Below are positions 36,294 through 46,288 of a stretch of 64,000 nucleotides of DNA, one piece after another. Below the pieces are notes generated by a model. The model ran no database searches. It saw nothing but the letters and a program-made list of their open reading frames with translations, and was not told where the DNA came from. Both the position numbers and the translations under genes were made by a program. Source of the stretch: a virus; IMG/VR virus record IMGVR_UViG_3300032053_000019, positions 34,440 to 98,439 of that record. One strand, 5' to 3'. Every line of letters starts with the position of its first letter. The first letter of the stretch is position 1.

Positions 36294-36770
36294 ATGGTTA
36301 AAGAAGAATCACTTGCCGTTGCTCAAGCAGAGATCGCCGCTGAGACAGCCGCAGTTCAAGTTTTACGTGGTGAGGTGGTTGATGTTACTTATCGTACGGT
36401 AGCTCGTGCACAGGCAAGACTCAAAGCATACAATAGTGTTTACGATAACTATGAGAAGTTCATAGTTGATCAAGCCGAGAAACTTGCTAAGGGAACTTTT
36501 GCCGCATCTACCTATAAGGAACTTGGTGTTGCCCGACTGATCTCTTTGTGGGTCATTGAGTCGGAGCAGTTCCTTGATGCTGTTGCTCCTCTCCTTGGTG
36601 AATCGGAACGGAACATCCGAAAAGGTTTTGTTGAGCAGAGTTTTGAGAAACTGCCTGAACCTTTTAAGACGCAACTCTTAGATGAGTTCAATAAACGGAA
36701 GCAGGAATTGCTGGTATGGGTCGTGCAGGAGATTCAGAAAGCGCAGGTGTTAGCGAAGGTGGTTGCATAA
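36294..36770 (+). CDS. hypothetical protein, possible small terminase subunit
   Basis: RBS AAGGAG; helical; upstream of large terminase. Confidence 0.5.
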   Translation: MVKEESLAVAQAEIAAETAAVQVLRGEVVDVTYRTVARAQARLKAYNSVYDNYEKFIVDQAEKLAKGTFAASTYKELGVARLISLWVIESEQFLDAVAPLLGESERNIRKGFVEQSFEKLPEPFKTQLLDEFNKRKQELLVWVVQEIQKAQVLAKVVA

Positions 36771-37207
36771 TGAACAGAAAGCGAGTAGACTATTCATTCA
36801 TTGAGGAAGGTCAAGACAGAGAAAGTATTGTTCCTCCAGCATTCGTCAATGAGATCAGGAACTCGTGGAGTAAGGATACTGCCTATCCAAAGTGTGCTGA
36901 TCAGTGGAATAAATGTAATCCATCTCTCGGTCAGTGTGCAGTGACGGCGCTTGTAGTTCAGGATCGCCTGGGCGGAATCATTAAGTTCAATCGTTACAAC
37001 AATCACTTCTTCAATGAGATCAGAGGGAAGGTGGTCGATCTGGCGTTCGACCAGTTCCTTCGGCAGGGAGTTGAGATTGATTTTAGTGATGCTACGGAAG
37101 TCACTCGTGATTGGATTCTTCATGGTGAGGGTAGTGAACGAAGCAGAACCTGGGAGCGATACATTCGTCTGACTATCTCAGTGAAGATGCAGAAAGAAAA
37201 GAAGTAG
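36770..37207 (+). CDS. YunG-like protein
   Basis: SWSKDT, GQCAVTALVVQD..GG, HFFN, DL..DQF. Confidence 0.65.
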   Translation: MNRKRVDYSFIEEGQDRESIVPPAFVNEIRNSWSKDTAYPKCADQWNKCNPSLGQCAVTALVVQDRLGGIIKFNRYNNHFFNEIRGKVVDLAFDQFLRQGVEIDFSDATEVTRDWILHGEGSERSRTWERYIRLTISVKMQKEKK

Positions 37208-39187
37208 ATGGAACTCGATCTCTTGAAGATAGTTGAGTCAGTGAATCGTAACTCACTATCCCTTGACACAATAGATTTGGATATGGCTTCGATTTACCGA
37301 GACGGAAGTCCACCAGTGGACATTGAGCGGTTCCTTGAGGACGATTACTTCATGGGCAAGGTAGCGAAGGATCTCTATCCAGACAATAGACCGGATCTGA
37401 TAGACATTTTCAATCCCAACAAGACATATATTGAAGTGATCCTTACTGGGGCAACCAGTATCGGCAAGACGTTCATGGCCGCGTTGGGAATGTGTTACAT
37501 GGTCTATAAGATAGGATCCTTCAACTCTCCCCATCGGTGGTTGGGTGGGTCAGAGGCTTCCCCCATTGTCCTGATCAACATGTCCGTGAATGCTCAGAAA
37601 GCACGTGAAGTCATTTTTACGAGAGTTAAAACTATGGTTGACATGTCTCCGTACTTTCGTGAAAGATTTCCACGGGACCTCCGGTTGGGCGACACTTTGG
37701 TTTGGCGAACCTCTCGTGATCAAGAGGACCTGCGGAATAGGACGGGCTCGCAGATCATGTTCAAGCCTGGTACAGGAGATTCGTTGTCAGCCTTGGGCGA
37801 CGATATCTACGCTGGGATAGGTGACGAGTTGAACTTCTTCCGTGTCATTGAAAAATCTAAGCGCACCTATGGTGAATCCTTTGATCCTGCCCAACGTTTA
37901 TACGATGTTATCTCACGAAGAATGAAGGGCCGGTTTTCGGCTGGGGGCTTGCCTCTGGGGAAGTTCTTCCTCCTATCGTCTGCTCAGTATCCGGACGACT
38001 TCATTGAACGCAGAATAGCCGAAGCAGAGGCGTCTGGGGAACTGGGAAAGACAGTCAAAGTCATCCGAAAGTCAATTTGGGAAGCAAAGAAGGGGCATTA
38101 CGTTCAGGGTAGTGAAGTATATAGTGGCAAATCTTTCCGAGTGGAGGTGGGTTCCTCTCGTCGGGGTTCACGCCTCTTGGATTCCTATATAAAGAAAACG
38201 GGAGAGGTGATCAGCAAAGAGTTGACTGACATGGAAGGCAAGATCATCAATCCGCCCGTTGAGTTTTGGGATGACTTTGTCCGGGATGTTGAAGGAGCTG
38301 TCCGAGACTTCGGTGGTGAAGTAACTCGGGCAATCTCGCCTTTCTTCCAGGATACTGATGTGATCTGGGCCGCCTGTGATCCGACTGGTGTGATCAATCA
38401 TCCTTGGACAGTCGAACAAACCACACTTGAGGATGGATCGGAGTTGATGTTGGACAAAGTATTCCTCTATGATGAAAAGGAAAAGAGGAAACGACCGCGA
38501 CGACATCCCAACAAACCCCGCTATGCTCACATCGACTCATCGAAGTCAGGGGATTCAACAGGATTGGTTGTGGTGCATCTGTCGGGATGGAAGAACGTGA
38601 TGCATGCTGGACGACAGATTGAAGAGCCGATGTTTGAGGTTGATCTGACTTTGAGAATCAATCCCCCCTATGGTGGTGAGATCCGATTCAAGAAAGTTCG
38701 TGAGATCCTTTATCTTCTGCGGAACAATGGAATGGGATTCGGCCGAGTGACCTATGACTCCTGGAACTCAACTGAGGCAATTCAGGAATTGAACTCAAAG
38801 GGATTCCGAGCTGAGGAACTCTCGGTTGATCGGGACATTGCTCCGTACCAGTACCTGAAGGATTGCTTCTTTGACTCACGAATCATTATCTATCATTACG
38901 AACATTTGATCACCGAACTTTCCCGTCTGGAGAAAAAGGGAGATAAGGTTGATCATCCTGCCAATGGATCAAAGGATGTTTCCGATGCCCTCGCTGGTGC
39001 GGTATGGGGATGCTACATGAACTCCTCAACTCTATCGGATGCTGAGCAAGAGGCCAGGCTTCCTCAATCCGGCGGTCATCAGAATCCTTTGAGGAATGAA
39101 AAGGCAGAACGCATGAAAGTAGAGAAGTCAAATATGGAAGAGGATCTTAGGCACTTCATGGGTGGAAGCAAGATCATAAGGAGATAG
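37208..39187 (+). CDS. terminase large subunit
   Basis: GATSIGKT Walker A, IGDELN Walker B, HIDSS..GD, TYDSWNS, DHP..GSKDVSDA. Confidence 0.9.
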   Translation: MELDLLKIVESVNRNSLSLDTIDLDMASIYRDGSPPVDIERFLEDDYFMGKVAKDLYPDNRPDLIDIFNPNKTYIEVILTGATSIGKTFMAALGMCYMVYKIGSFNSPHRWLGGSEASPIVLINMSVNAQKAREVIFTRVKTMVDMSPYFRERFPRDLRLGDTLVWRTSRDQEDLRNRTGSQIMFKPGTGDSLSALGDDIYAGIGDELNFFRVIEKSKRTYGESFDPAQRLYDVISRRMKGRFSAGGLPLGKFFLLSSAQYPDDFIERRIAEAEASGELGKTVKVIRKSIWEAKKGHYVQGSEVYSGKSFRVEVGSSRRGSRLLDSYIKKTGEVISKELTDMEGKIINPPVEFWDDFVRDVEGAVRDFGGEVTRAISPFFQDTDVIWAACDPTGVINHPWTVEQTTLEDGSELMLDKVFLYDEKEKRKRPRRHPNKPRYAHIDSSKSGDSTGLVVVHLSGWKNVMHAGRQIEEPMFEVDLTLRINPPYGGEIRFKKVREILYLLRNNGMGFGRVTYDSWNSTEAIQELNSKGFRAEELSVDRDIAPYQYLKDCFFDSRIIIYHYEHLITELSRLEKKGDKVDHPANGSKDVSDALAGAVWGCYMNSSTLSDAEQEARLPQSGGHQNPLRNEKAERMKVEKSNMEEDLRHFMGGSKIIRR

Positions 39188-39189
39188 AG

Positions 39190-39492
39190 ATGCGAGACAT
39201 CATTGTTTGGGTACTTATCATCTTGACACTGGCTCTGGTCGGTTGGTTTTGGGTAAAGCCAACACTGGTACCTTCAACTCCACAATTCGCTGAGATGTAT
39301 AAACTCTCAAAGGCTCTTCCTGAGTATGTTCTTCCACCTGAGCATTACACTCCAGCTACCCCACCTCCTCCGTCAACATTCTATGAAAAGTTAAAGACGG
39401 AGTTAGTAGAGTGGGGGAAGATCCTGGGGCCGTTCAGTCCCTTCGTTACGATCATCCTTACATTTGCGGTTAAACGAAGGAAGAGGAGATAG
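39190..39492 (+). CDS. membrane protein
   Basis: N- and C-terminal hydrophobic segments. Confidence 0.6.
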   Translation: MRDIIVWVLIILTLALVGWFWVKPTLVPSTPQFAEMYKLSKALPEYVLPPEHYTPATPPPPSTFYEKLKTELVEWGKILGPFSPFVTIILTFAVKRRKRR

Positions 39493-39771
39493 ATGATGGA
39501 ATGGCGATTCTTTCCCTTTGGTAAGTACCGAGAGGCCCGAGCCTGGGTACGAGAGGGAAACATTGCTGTCTATCCCAACACGGTGCAATATAAAGGCAAA
39601 GAAACGATGCACTTGATGATCGGTGGGCTTTCGTTGACCCAGTTGGGTCAAGTGATGCGGGAACTCGGTCTTAAAACTGAGTGGTTACATCATAAGCATT
39701 ACCAACCCCACTTTGATCTGTTTGGAATACCATTGAAAAAGGCACTGAGTAAGTGTGGAGTGAAACCATGA
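39493..39771 (+). CDS. DUF4031-like protein
   Basis: HL, LGLKTEW, PHFDL. Confidence 0.55.
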   Translation: MMEWRFFPFGKYREARAWVREGNIAVYPNTVQYKGKETMHLMIGGLSLTQLGQVMRELGLKTEWLHHKHYQPHFDLFGIPLKKALSKCGVKP

Positions 39772-40199
39772 GAAAAGTAAGAGTCTTTATAGCAGGGCCT
39801 ATCACCCCAACCGGACGGGTAACGCCTTCCTCAAACGTTGGGCAGAATCAGGTAGCCGAATATCTGGACAATGTTCGGCAAGGAATAGATGCGGCGACCA
39901 AACTAATCACCAAGGGGTTTGCCGCCTATTGCCCTTTTGTGGACTTTATGTACTTTATTGCACGGGCACCAGAGGAGATGTTATTAACGGGTGCCACTAT
40001 GCAATCGGCTGACCTAGCATGGTTGGAAGTTGCTGACGCCTTGTTGGTGTTACCAGGATGGGAAACGTCCTCGGGAGTAAAAGGAGAACTGGCTCGAGCA
40101 AAAGAACTCGGGATACCAGTGTGTTATTCAATAGCTGAACTCATCGCATACTTTGGTGATTCGGCATTGATAGATGGAGAAAGAAATGGCCGAAGATAA
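39768..40199 (+). CDS. nucleoside deoxyribosyltransferase-like (DUF4406-type) protein
   Basis: VFIAGPIT, DLAWL..AD, LPGWETSSG..E. Confidence 0.75.
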   Translation: MRKVRVFIAGPITPTGRVTPSSNVGQNQVAEYLDNVRQGIDAATKLITKGFAAYCPFVDFMYFIARAPEEMLLTGATMQSADLAWLEVADALLVLPGWETSSGVKGELARAKELGIPVCYSIAELIAYFGDSALIDGERNGRR

Positions 40200-41787
40200 A
40201 TTCGTAGACACAGTAAGGAAGGGACTTTCCCGTTTCTTTTTCGGTCCCACTGATCCCAAGTTCTCGACGGAGTTTCGTCCGGATGCCGGACTTGGTTTTT
40301 CCTCTTTGATGAGGTCCTGGCGTGATCAGTATTCGGAGTTGATGGGAATATCAGGTTCCCGTTCGGACAAGTATGACCAGTACAACTACCTGGATAAGAA
40401 CCTGGCCGAAGCGGCCGCGTCCCTCAATGTCTACGCTGACAATGTGGTCTCCGGGACAGTTGGTGGTGAGGATAGTTACTATGTCATGATTGATGAAGAT
40501 GAGCCCAACATTGAGGAGTTGGAAGAGATCACTGAAGATGCTGAAGATCGTACCTTGATCAAAGACATGATCTGGAGTATTGCCAGGGCCCTGAACCGAG
40601 ATGGTGATGTCTTTGGTGAAGTGGTCATCGGCAAGGATCCTGGTGAAGAGTTACGGTTGGAAAAACTGAAGATGCTTCCGACGAAGGAGATGATTGCCGT
40701 TGTTGATGAACGAGGCGCCTTTAAAGATCCCAAGATGCCTTATGCTCAGATAGTAGCGGGAACAACCCAGCCGATTCCTTTTGACTGGTGGAGGATCATT
40801 CACTTTAAGGTCGGTAACGATATCTACGGAGTTGACAATTCGTTGTTTGCCAATGCGGCCCTTCGGATAGGGCGACAGTTGATCTGGGTTGATGAGGCGT
40901 TGGTCTTAGCCCGCCTGAGTCGTGCATGGCAACGGTTTGCCTATTTCGTTGACACAGGGAAGTTAGGCCCTGATGAGGCCCTGACTTTCGTTGAGAAGTT
41001 CATGGCACGCCTGCGGACTCAGCGGACAATTTCTAATAAAACAACCGGACAAACCACGATCATGGACGCCCCATTGCTTCCGGATGAGGACGTGGGCATT
41101 CCGGTGGGTGACGGATCTAAGGCTGATGTTCGGCCACTATCTGGTGATACAAATATAGGAAATATCAAGGACGTTGAGTATCTGCAGACAAAGTTCCTGA
41201 TGGCCACCACCACACCGAAGGCGTATGTCTCGCTGGAGGAGGGCGTCAATGCCAAGGCCACTCTTGGTCAGATTGACATTCAGTTCGCTCGTCAGGTCCG
41301 TCGGCGCCAGCAGTCACTCATTCCTGGACTTCGTCAATTCTATAAGCTGGTTTTTATTCTATCTGGTAAGGATCCTGATGCCTTCAAGTGGGAGATCGTA
41401 TTCCCCGAACTCGCCACCACGGATGAGATGATCAAGTGGGAGATCTTGAGCATTAAGGCAACTATCGCAAAGACGTTGGCAGTTGATGTTGGGGTTGTCA
41501 ATAACCTGTACATCATGAAGGAACTACTGGGATTCGATGACGATGAGATTCAGAAGTATGCCGCCATGACGGATGGTGATAATGATGGTAGTGATGGCGA
41601 CCTGGGCATGGGAGCAGTTCAGATTCCTCCGCAGTTGGCCGCCTTGGTCAGGAAGGATCCTGAGGTCCGTGCTATGCTTCATGACTTGAAGGATCTAGTC
41701 GCCGCACGTGCCATGCGAGATACACTAGTCGCTGGAAAGAGGAAGGTTGGTATTGATCGTAAGGATGCTTTGATCAAGAAGGATTAG
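40186..41787 (+). CDS. portal protein (T4 gp20-like)
   Basis: DGDVF, IIHF, LARLSRA..R..YFVDTGKL, DED..IP, L.G..NIG.IKDVEY, DIQFAR. Confidence 0.88.
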   Translation: MAEDKFVDTVRKGLSRFFFGPTDPKFSTEFRPDAGLGFSSLMRSWRDQYSELMGISGSRSDKYDQYNYLDKNLAEAAASLNVYADNVVSGTVGGEDSYYVMIDEDEPNIEELEEITEDAEDRTLIKDMIWSIARALNRDGDVFGEVVIGKDPGEELRLEKLKMLPTKEMIAVVDERGAFKDPKMPYAQIVAGTTQPIPFDWWRIIHFKVGNDIYGVDNSLFANAALRIGRQLIWVDEALVLARLSRAWQRFAYFVDTGKLGPDEALTFVEKFMARLRTQRTISNKTTGQTTIMDAPLLPDEDVGIPVGDGSKADVRPLSGDTNIGNIKDVEYLQTKFLMATTTPKAYVSLEEGVNAKATLGQIDIQFARQVRRRQQSLIPGLRQFYKLVFILSGKDPDAFKWEIVFPELATTDEMIKWEILSIKATIAKTLAVDVGVVNNLYIMKELLGFDDDEIQKYAAMTDGDNDGSDGDLGMGAVQIPPQLAALVRKDPEVRAMLHDLKDLVAARAMRDTLVAGKRKVGIDRKDALIKKD

Positions 41788-41791
41788 GCCG

Positions 41792-43510
41792 ATGTTTCTC
41801 AAACTAGAGAATATCAACTATATTATAAACCGACTCGAGGAGTCGGACAAAGCAATTAGTGGTGCAACTGCACGAGACCAACTCATGTGGGGCCAAACCA
41901 CGATGTTTGCCAATCTGGGAATTGCTAATAAGGAACTGATGAAGAAGGGCATGGAATTGTATGCCCAGACTATGGCAACACTCAAGACAGACATGATGTC
42001 CCTAATCTCAGATTATCAGAAGGGGTCACTGGACTATGCAGGGGCCATCACAAAGTTCAAGTCGGTCACTGGTGGTCATTACCAAACATTGTTCAAGGCG
42101 GGAGCAATCGCCATGGGCAATCCCTACTATGATGATCCTGCTATCGGATTGACCAAGCGGGATCTGTCGTTCATTCAAAAGGCACGGAACTTTGAAGGAA
42201 AGTTTTTCCGAAAGTTCCTGTTGGATATCAAGAACCCGGACTTCAAGCCCCGGTATGACTTTCAGACACGGGCTGGGTTCTATGCGGATTCGGGCAAGGC
42301 ACAATTCTTCAACGGAATGGTCAACGGGGCAGGAGACAATGTTGAGATTCACTGGGTGATGTCAGAGGCGGTCGAGGAACATTGTGATATCTGCCCAATC
42401 CTGGCCTCGAAGGTTTATACCTGGAAAACTTTGCCCACCACTCCCCGGGCGGGTGATACTCCTTGTCTATTCAATTGTAAGTGTGAACTCGAGATCGTCC
42501 CGAAGCAAGCCTCGGCGCCCACCGGGCAGAGTTTCAATCCATATACTCCAGGCTCAGGCACTCCGAAGGCGATGGAAGTACCTGGTCGATGGGCTCAGGT
42601 GACACGCGGTGGTGAAACGATGGTCGGGCAGTTATCAAAGGATATTGAGGACCTGTACCAGCAGATGTACAAGGCTCGGCAGATGATCACAGTGACCCAT
42701 GGAACGCCTGAAGCGAAGGAGTGGATTGCTTTACGTCGTGATCTCAATGCCCAGATCATTCAGAAGGCCGGATCGGCGAAAGTTCGAGTCACCCCTACAG
42801 TATCCGTCTTTCAACTGCAGAAGGCTTTGGAGACTGCAGTAGGCAAGAGTACCGGTAATCTTTTATCATTGGGAAACTTGGAGAATGAGATGGAGGTTGT
42901 TCTTCTTCGTGGTAATGTGTGGACAGTAGGAATGATAAAACTACAAGGTGCTAAGGCAACTGTGGTTACAGCTAAGGGAACTTCCTTTGTGGTAGATAAT
43001 CGTATCGACATTCTTTACAAGGTACGGGGACGATTGGATCCCAATGAAGGTGAGCAGGCCATCTTAACTAGGATGACAAAAGGAACTGGATTGACTGATG
43101 CCAAACCAGTCGGTGATGAGGCCCTGACGATACAGAAATTTCTAAACAAACAGAAGGCGTTTGAGAAGCCAGTTTACCGAGTTATCTGGCTAGAAACGGA
43201 AGCTGATGCTACAAAGTTTTTTGAACGGTACTTGGATCCGAATGGCCCAAAGGAACCAATTTCTATTCCTGCTTTGTCATCTTGGTCAGTAGACCCAACT
43301 AGAGTTTATGCGTATGGCAAAGGGGGATATACCACAGTTCGTTTTTCGATGACTGGGACAAGTCAGGGACAGAAAAAATTTGTTGATGTTTCTAGATGGT
43401 CCGTTTACCCCCAAGAGCAGGAAGTTCGAAATCTTTCTTCTTTCTCTGTTCCGATTGTGAAATCTTCGTATAATCCTGCCTTGGGATGGCAGATTGATTT
43501 AGGAGTTTAA
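41792..43510 (+). CDS. MuF-like head morphogenesis protein with C-terminal ADP-ribosyltransferase-like domain
   Basis: After portal; HCDICP..P.AG..CLFNCKC; C-terminal VYRV, SSWS, QEQEV (R-S-E pattern). Confidence 0.7.
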   Translation: MFLKLENINYIINRLEESDKAISGATARDQLMWGQTTMFANLGIANKELMKKGMELYAQTMATLKTDMMSLISDYQKGSLDYAGAITKFKSVTGGHYQTLFKAGAIAMGNPYYDDPAIGLTKRDLSFIQKARNFEGKFFRKFLLDIKNPDFKPRYDFQTRAGFYADSGKAQFFNGMVNGAGDNVEIHWVMSEAVEEHCDICPILASKVYTWKTLPTTPRAGDTPCLFNCKCELEIVPKQASAPTGQSFNPYTPGSGTPKAMEVPGRWAQVTRGGETMVGQLSKDIEDLYQQMYKARQMITVTHGTPEAKEWIALRRDLNAQIIQKAGSAKVRVTPTVSVFQLQKALETAVGKSTGNLLSLGNLENEMEVVLLRGNVWTVGMIKLQGAKATVVTAKGTSFVVDNRIDILYKVRGRLDPNEGEQAILTRMTKGTGLTDAKPVGDEALTIQKFLNKQKAFEKPVYRVIWLETEADATKFFERYLDPNGPKEPISIPALSSWSVDPTRVYAYGKGGYTTVRFSMTGTSQGQKKFVDVSRWSVYPQEQEVRNLSSFSVPIVKSSYNPALGWQIDLGV

Positions 43511-43512
43511 GA

Positions 43513-43719
43513 ATGAGTGGAACTATCTTCACTTTAAGTCCAAAGACAAAGCGCCTCCTGTTGAAGTCAATCTTCTTTGACCATCAGGAATTGTTGGATG
43601 TCTATCTGAAGTTTTACCAGGATGCACGTTCTAAGAATTCGGCAATTCCCCATGAAGTTGCCATGATCAAGTTTAGGGAACTCTATGATGAGACACCTAC
43701 TGGTTGGGTGAAGAAATGA
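43513..43719 (+). CDS. hypothetical protein
   Basis: RBS AGGAG. Confidence 0.55.
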   Translation: MSGTIFTLSPKTKRLLLKSIFFDHQELLDVYLKFYQDARSKNSAIPHEVAMIKFRELYDETPTGWVKK

Positions 43720-43923
43720 AACAAGGTCGTCCAGTCAGAAGGTTTTGGGATCCCATCTTGGGTGGTGAACGAAAGTATCTGCGGATGTGTGCCCACTGTT
43801 CGGGCGAATGTAAAGTATCCATTCCTTATGATCAAAAGGAAGAGAACCTGAAAGGTTCAGTACAATGTGAACGGACGGGTTTTCAGTATACTCCTGGGTT
43901 GACCAATTCCCCTGAGAAAAAAC

Positions 43924-43953
43924 TTGATTCTTTGGGGGCGTTTGCCTTATAAT
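43924..43953 (+). promoter_or_regulatory. sigma70-type promoter
   Basis: TTGATT-18bp-TATAAT. Confidence 0.6.
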
Positions 43954-43969
43954 AAGTGTAGAGGTTGCG

Positions 43970-44380
43970 ATGCGATATTTCTTTGATGAACCAGTAGTGG
44001 TAATGACAAAGAAATCTCTCTACGATATCTACTTGGAAATGGAAGAGGCGAAGGCGGAGTGGTATCAGAAGGCCTTCGAACTTTTCCATGTGCCTTTCGT
44101 CACCGATGTTTATATGCCCCCAGTCACCTTCATGTTGGCCTACTGCATTGATCGTGCACGAGGAACTATGGCCTGGGGTAACTGGTTGAGGATTCCTTTT
44201 AACTATCACGTCGGCCCCGATCTGAGGGATGATCAAGTTCTCCTGTCGGGTCCGATTGTGGACTTTGGTTGGGGACTCCTTGCAGGGACTACTCCGATCA
44301 AACCGCCGCGCTTCAAACTAATCGAGGAAGCCGTGTTGGAGAAGATTAATGAGATGCCACCTTTGCCGCCCGTATCGTAA
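43970..44380 (+). CDS. hypothetical protein
   Basis: RBS GAGG after promoter. Confidence 0.65.
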   Translation: MRYFFDEPVVVMTKKSLYDIYLEMEEAKAEWYQKAFELFHVPFVTDVYMPPVTFMLAYCIDRARGTMAWGNWLRIPFNYHVGPDLRDDQVLLSGPIVDFGWGLLAGTTPIKPPRFKLIEEAVLEKINEMPPLPPVS

Positions 44381-44827
44381 AGCATGTAAAACCTCCTTGA
44401 AAACCTATCCCGCCGCGGCCCATGGCATCCAGACAATCTGGCCCACCTTCAACACGGCTTCCGTTTTTATCTATGAGGAGTGAACATGGTCAAGCGTTTT
44501 CTTCAATGGATTTGGAAATGCCTGAGTATGGCACTAGATACTCCCGACGACGGATGTGGTTGGGGATGAAGGAGGAGTATAAGTGAGCAATGGTAAGTGG
44601 GTCTATCGTGTCACTATTCTTAACAACCAACATCTTGGACCAATGGGTCTTGAGGCGTCGGTGATCAGGACACGAGTGCATGAGACACACCGCTTAGCAA
44701 TGGCCTGGGCGAAGGAACAGCAAGATATCCACTGCAGTCGATCGTATCGTTACTATGAGATCAGAGGCAGTGGTCTGACCGATCTGGGACCTATAGGCAT
44801 TGAAGTCCAACGAGAAAGGATTCACCA

Positions 44828-45133
44828 GTGAAAGAAAAGAAAAGACCGCTGACTGATCGTCAGGCTGATCTTAAGGCTCGGATGGAACGACTGAGGAGTA
44901 AGAATTATCCAACTTCGGCCCAGTCGTCCTTCAAGAGTCTTGATCAGCAAGCACAGGAAGTGACTGAGAAGGTTGAAGTCGTCCTGACCTTCCCGGATCT
45001 TATGATGATCCTGACCGGAGCAATGTCTCCCTTCATCAATCAACTCAACCGTATGACCAAAGAGGTGGAGGAGTTGAAGGAGATCACTGTCCGGTATGCC
45101 GATGAAGTTCGTAAGTTAAGAAAGAAACACTGA
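44828..45133 (+). CDS. hypothetical coiled-coil protein
   Basis: 101-aa ORF, heptad-like C-terminus. Confidence 0.6.
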   Translation: MKEKKRPLTDRQADLKARMERLRSKNYPTSAQSSFKSLDQQAQEVTEKVEVVLTFPDLMMILTGAMSPFINQLNRMTKEVEELKEITVRYADEVRKLRKKH

Positions 45134-45141
45134 TGTATATA

Positions 45142-45447
45142 AACCCATTCTTACGTCGCGAATCTCCGAACCGCCGGGGAGTACGGAGTGGGTTATTCTG
45201 CCACGCATCTGCGGCCACTTCTCAGCAATGGGGAGATGGGTGTCGTGGTAATTATATTGTTGTGGCATCATCGCTGGGTGTGGTGAGCCAGGAGGTTTCC
45301 TGGTGCGGTAAAAGCCCAGAGGGGTCCGGACCTCAATGGGGGCCGCTTCCTTTCGGTCCTCACGTAGTCCGGATAGGTTCGGACCCCGTTTTTGATCACG
45401 ATGGCTGGCCAGACGAAGGGGTTAGTCCCAAGGTAATGCCAGCTTTT
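45142..45447 (+). ncRNA. putative ~300-nt structured non-coding RNA
   Basis: Five or more nested GC-rich stems with G-U pairs on the + strand. Confidence 0.55.
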
Positions 45448-45469
45448 AATATCTTACAAGGAGTATGAG

Positions 45470-45712
45470 ATGAAAAGAAAGTTTGTGAATGGTGACAAAG
45501 TTTTCGTGACCATGGCCTACGATGGCAACACAGCGATTAAAGGCAAGGTGGGTACGATCTGCAATGACAAGGCTGACTATCATATGGATCGTAGTGACCA
45601 TGCCATCTATGGGGTGAAGTTCAGAGTGAATGTTGGTGGACATGATTGTGGTAAAACTTGTACGGATGGGCATGGATGGAAAATTCCCACGACCCATCTT
45701 CAGTTTGCTTGA
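45470..45712 (+). CDS. hypothetical SH3-like small protein
   Basis: RBS AAGGAG; F..GDKV, GKVGTI, YGVKF, GHDC, HGW. Confidence 0.65.
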   Translation: MKRKFVNGDKVFVTMAYDGNTAIKGKVGTICNDKADYHMDRSDHAIYGVKFRVNVGGHDCGKTCTDGHGWKIPTTHLQFA

Positions 45713-46288
45713 TCATGCGGTACCAACTTAGAGAGCGAACCAAGATCGGGACAATACGATTAGTCTTCCGATTCGTTTGGTTCCCACGTAAACTCAATGG
45801 TGAATGGCGTTGGTTCGAATGGGCCTGGATCAAGCAGGAGTGGATTTCTGTTGACGCACCATTCATTCGTAGTGAGTATTGGGACTGGGTTGCCTGGGTT
45901 AACATGGGGGTTCCTGGGAATGAACTTCGCGTAGATGAATACTGATCGTGACTACCGAACTTGTGGTTGGGCAAAGGAAGGAACAACCTATTGTGCACTT
46001 CATAAGGGACCAGTGGATGTGGCCCATTGCTATCACTGCGGTACCTGGGGAAAGTACTTCGTTAAACGATCGGAGTTGAACAATGACAGTCGACGAGATG
46101 ATCGAAGTTCTGAAGGATCAGATGGTCAAGGCAACGGGAGTTCCTGCTGAACGATTGATCCTGATCTCAAAGTGTCACGAGGCGGCAGTCTTGAAGTTGA
46201 AAAGTCAGAACGAACAAGGATACATATATGTCTGCGGTCTGTGTATGGAACCGATCTCAGCAATTGTATGTAAGATAGGGAGAGTGAA

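Noticed and set aside
20297-39187. Inteins or introns in polymerase, RecA or terminase
   Set aside because: Lengths and motif spacing are accounted for by the recognised domains; no splice-junction or homing-endonuclease motifs seen.
45133-45468. 111-aa ORF
   Set aside because: Gly/Ser/Pro-rich translation over a densely base-paired region; better explained as RNA.
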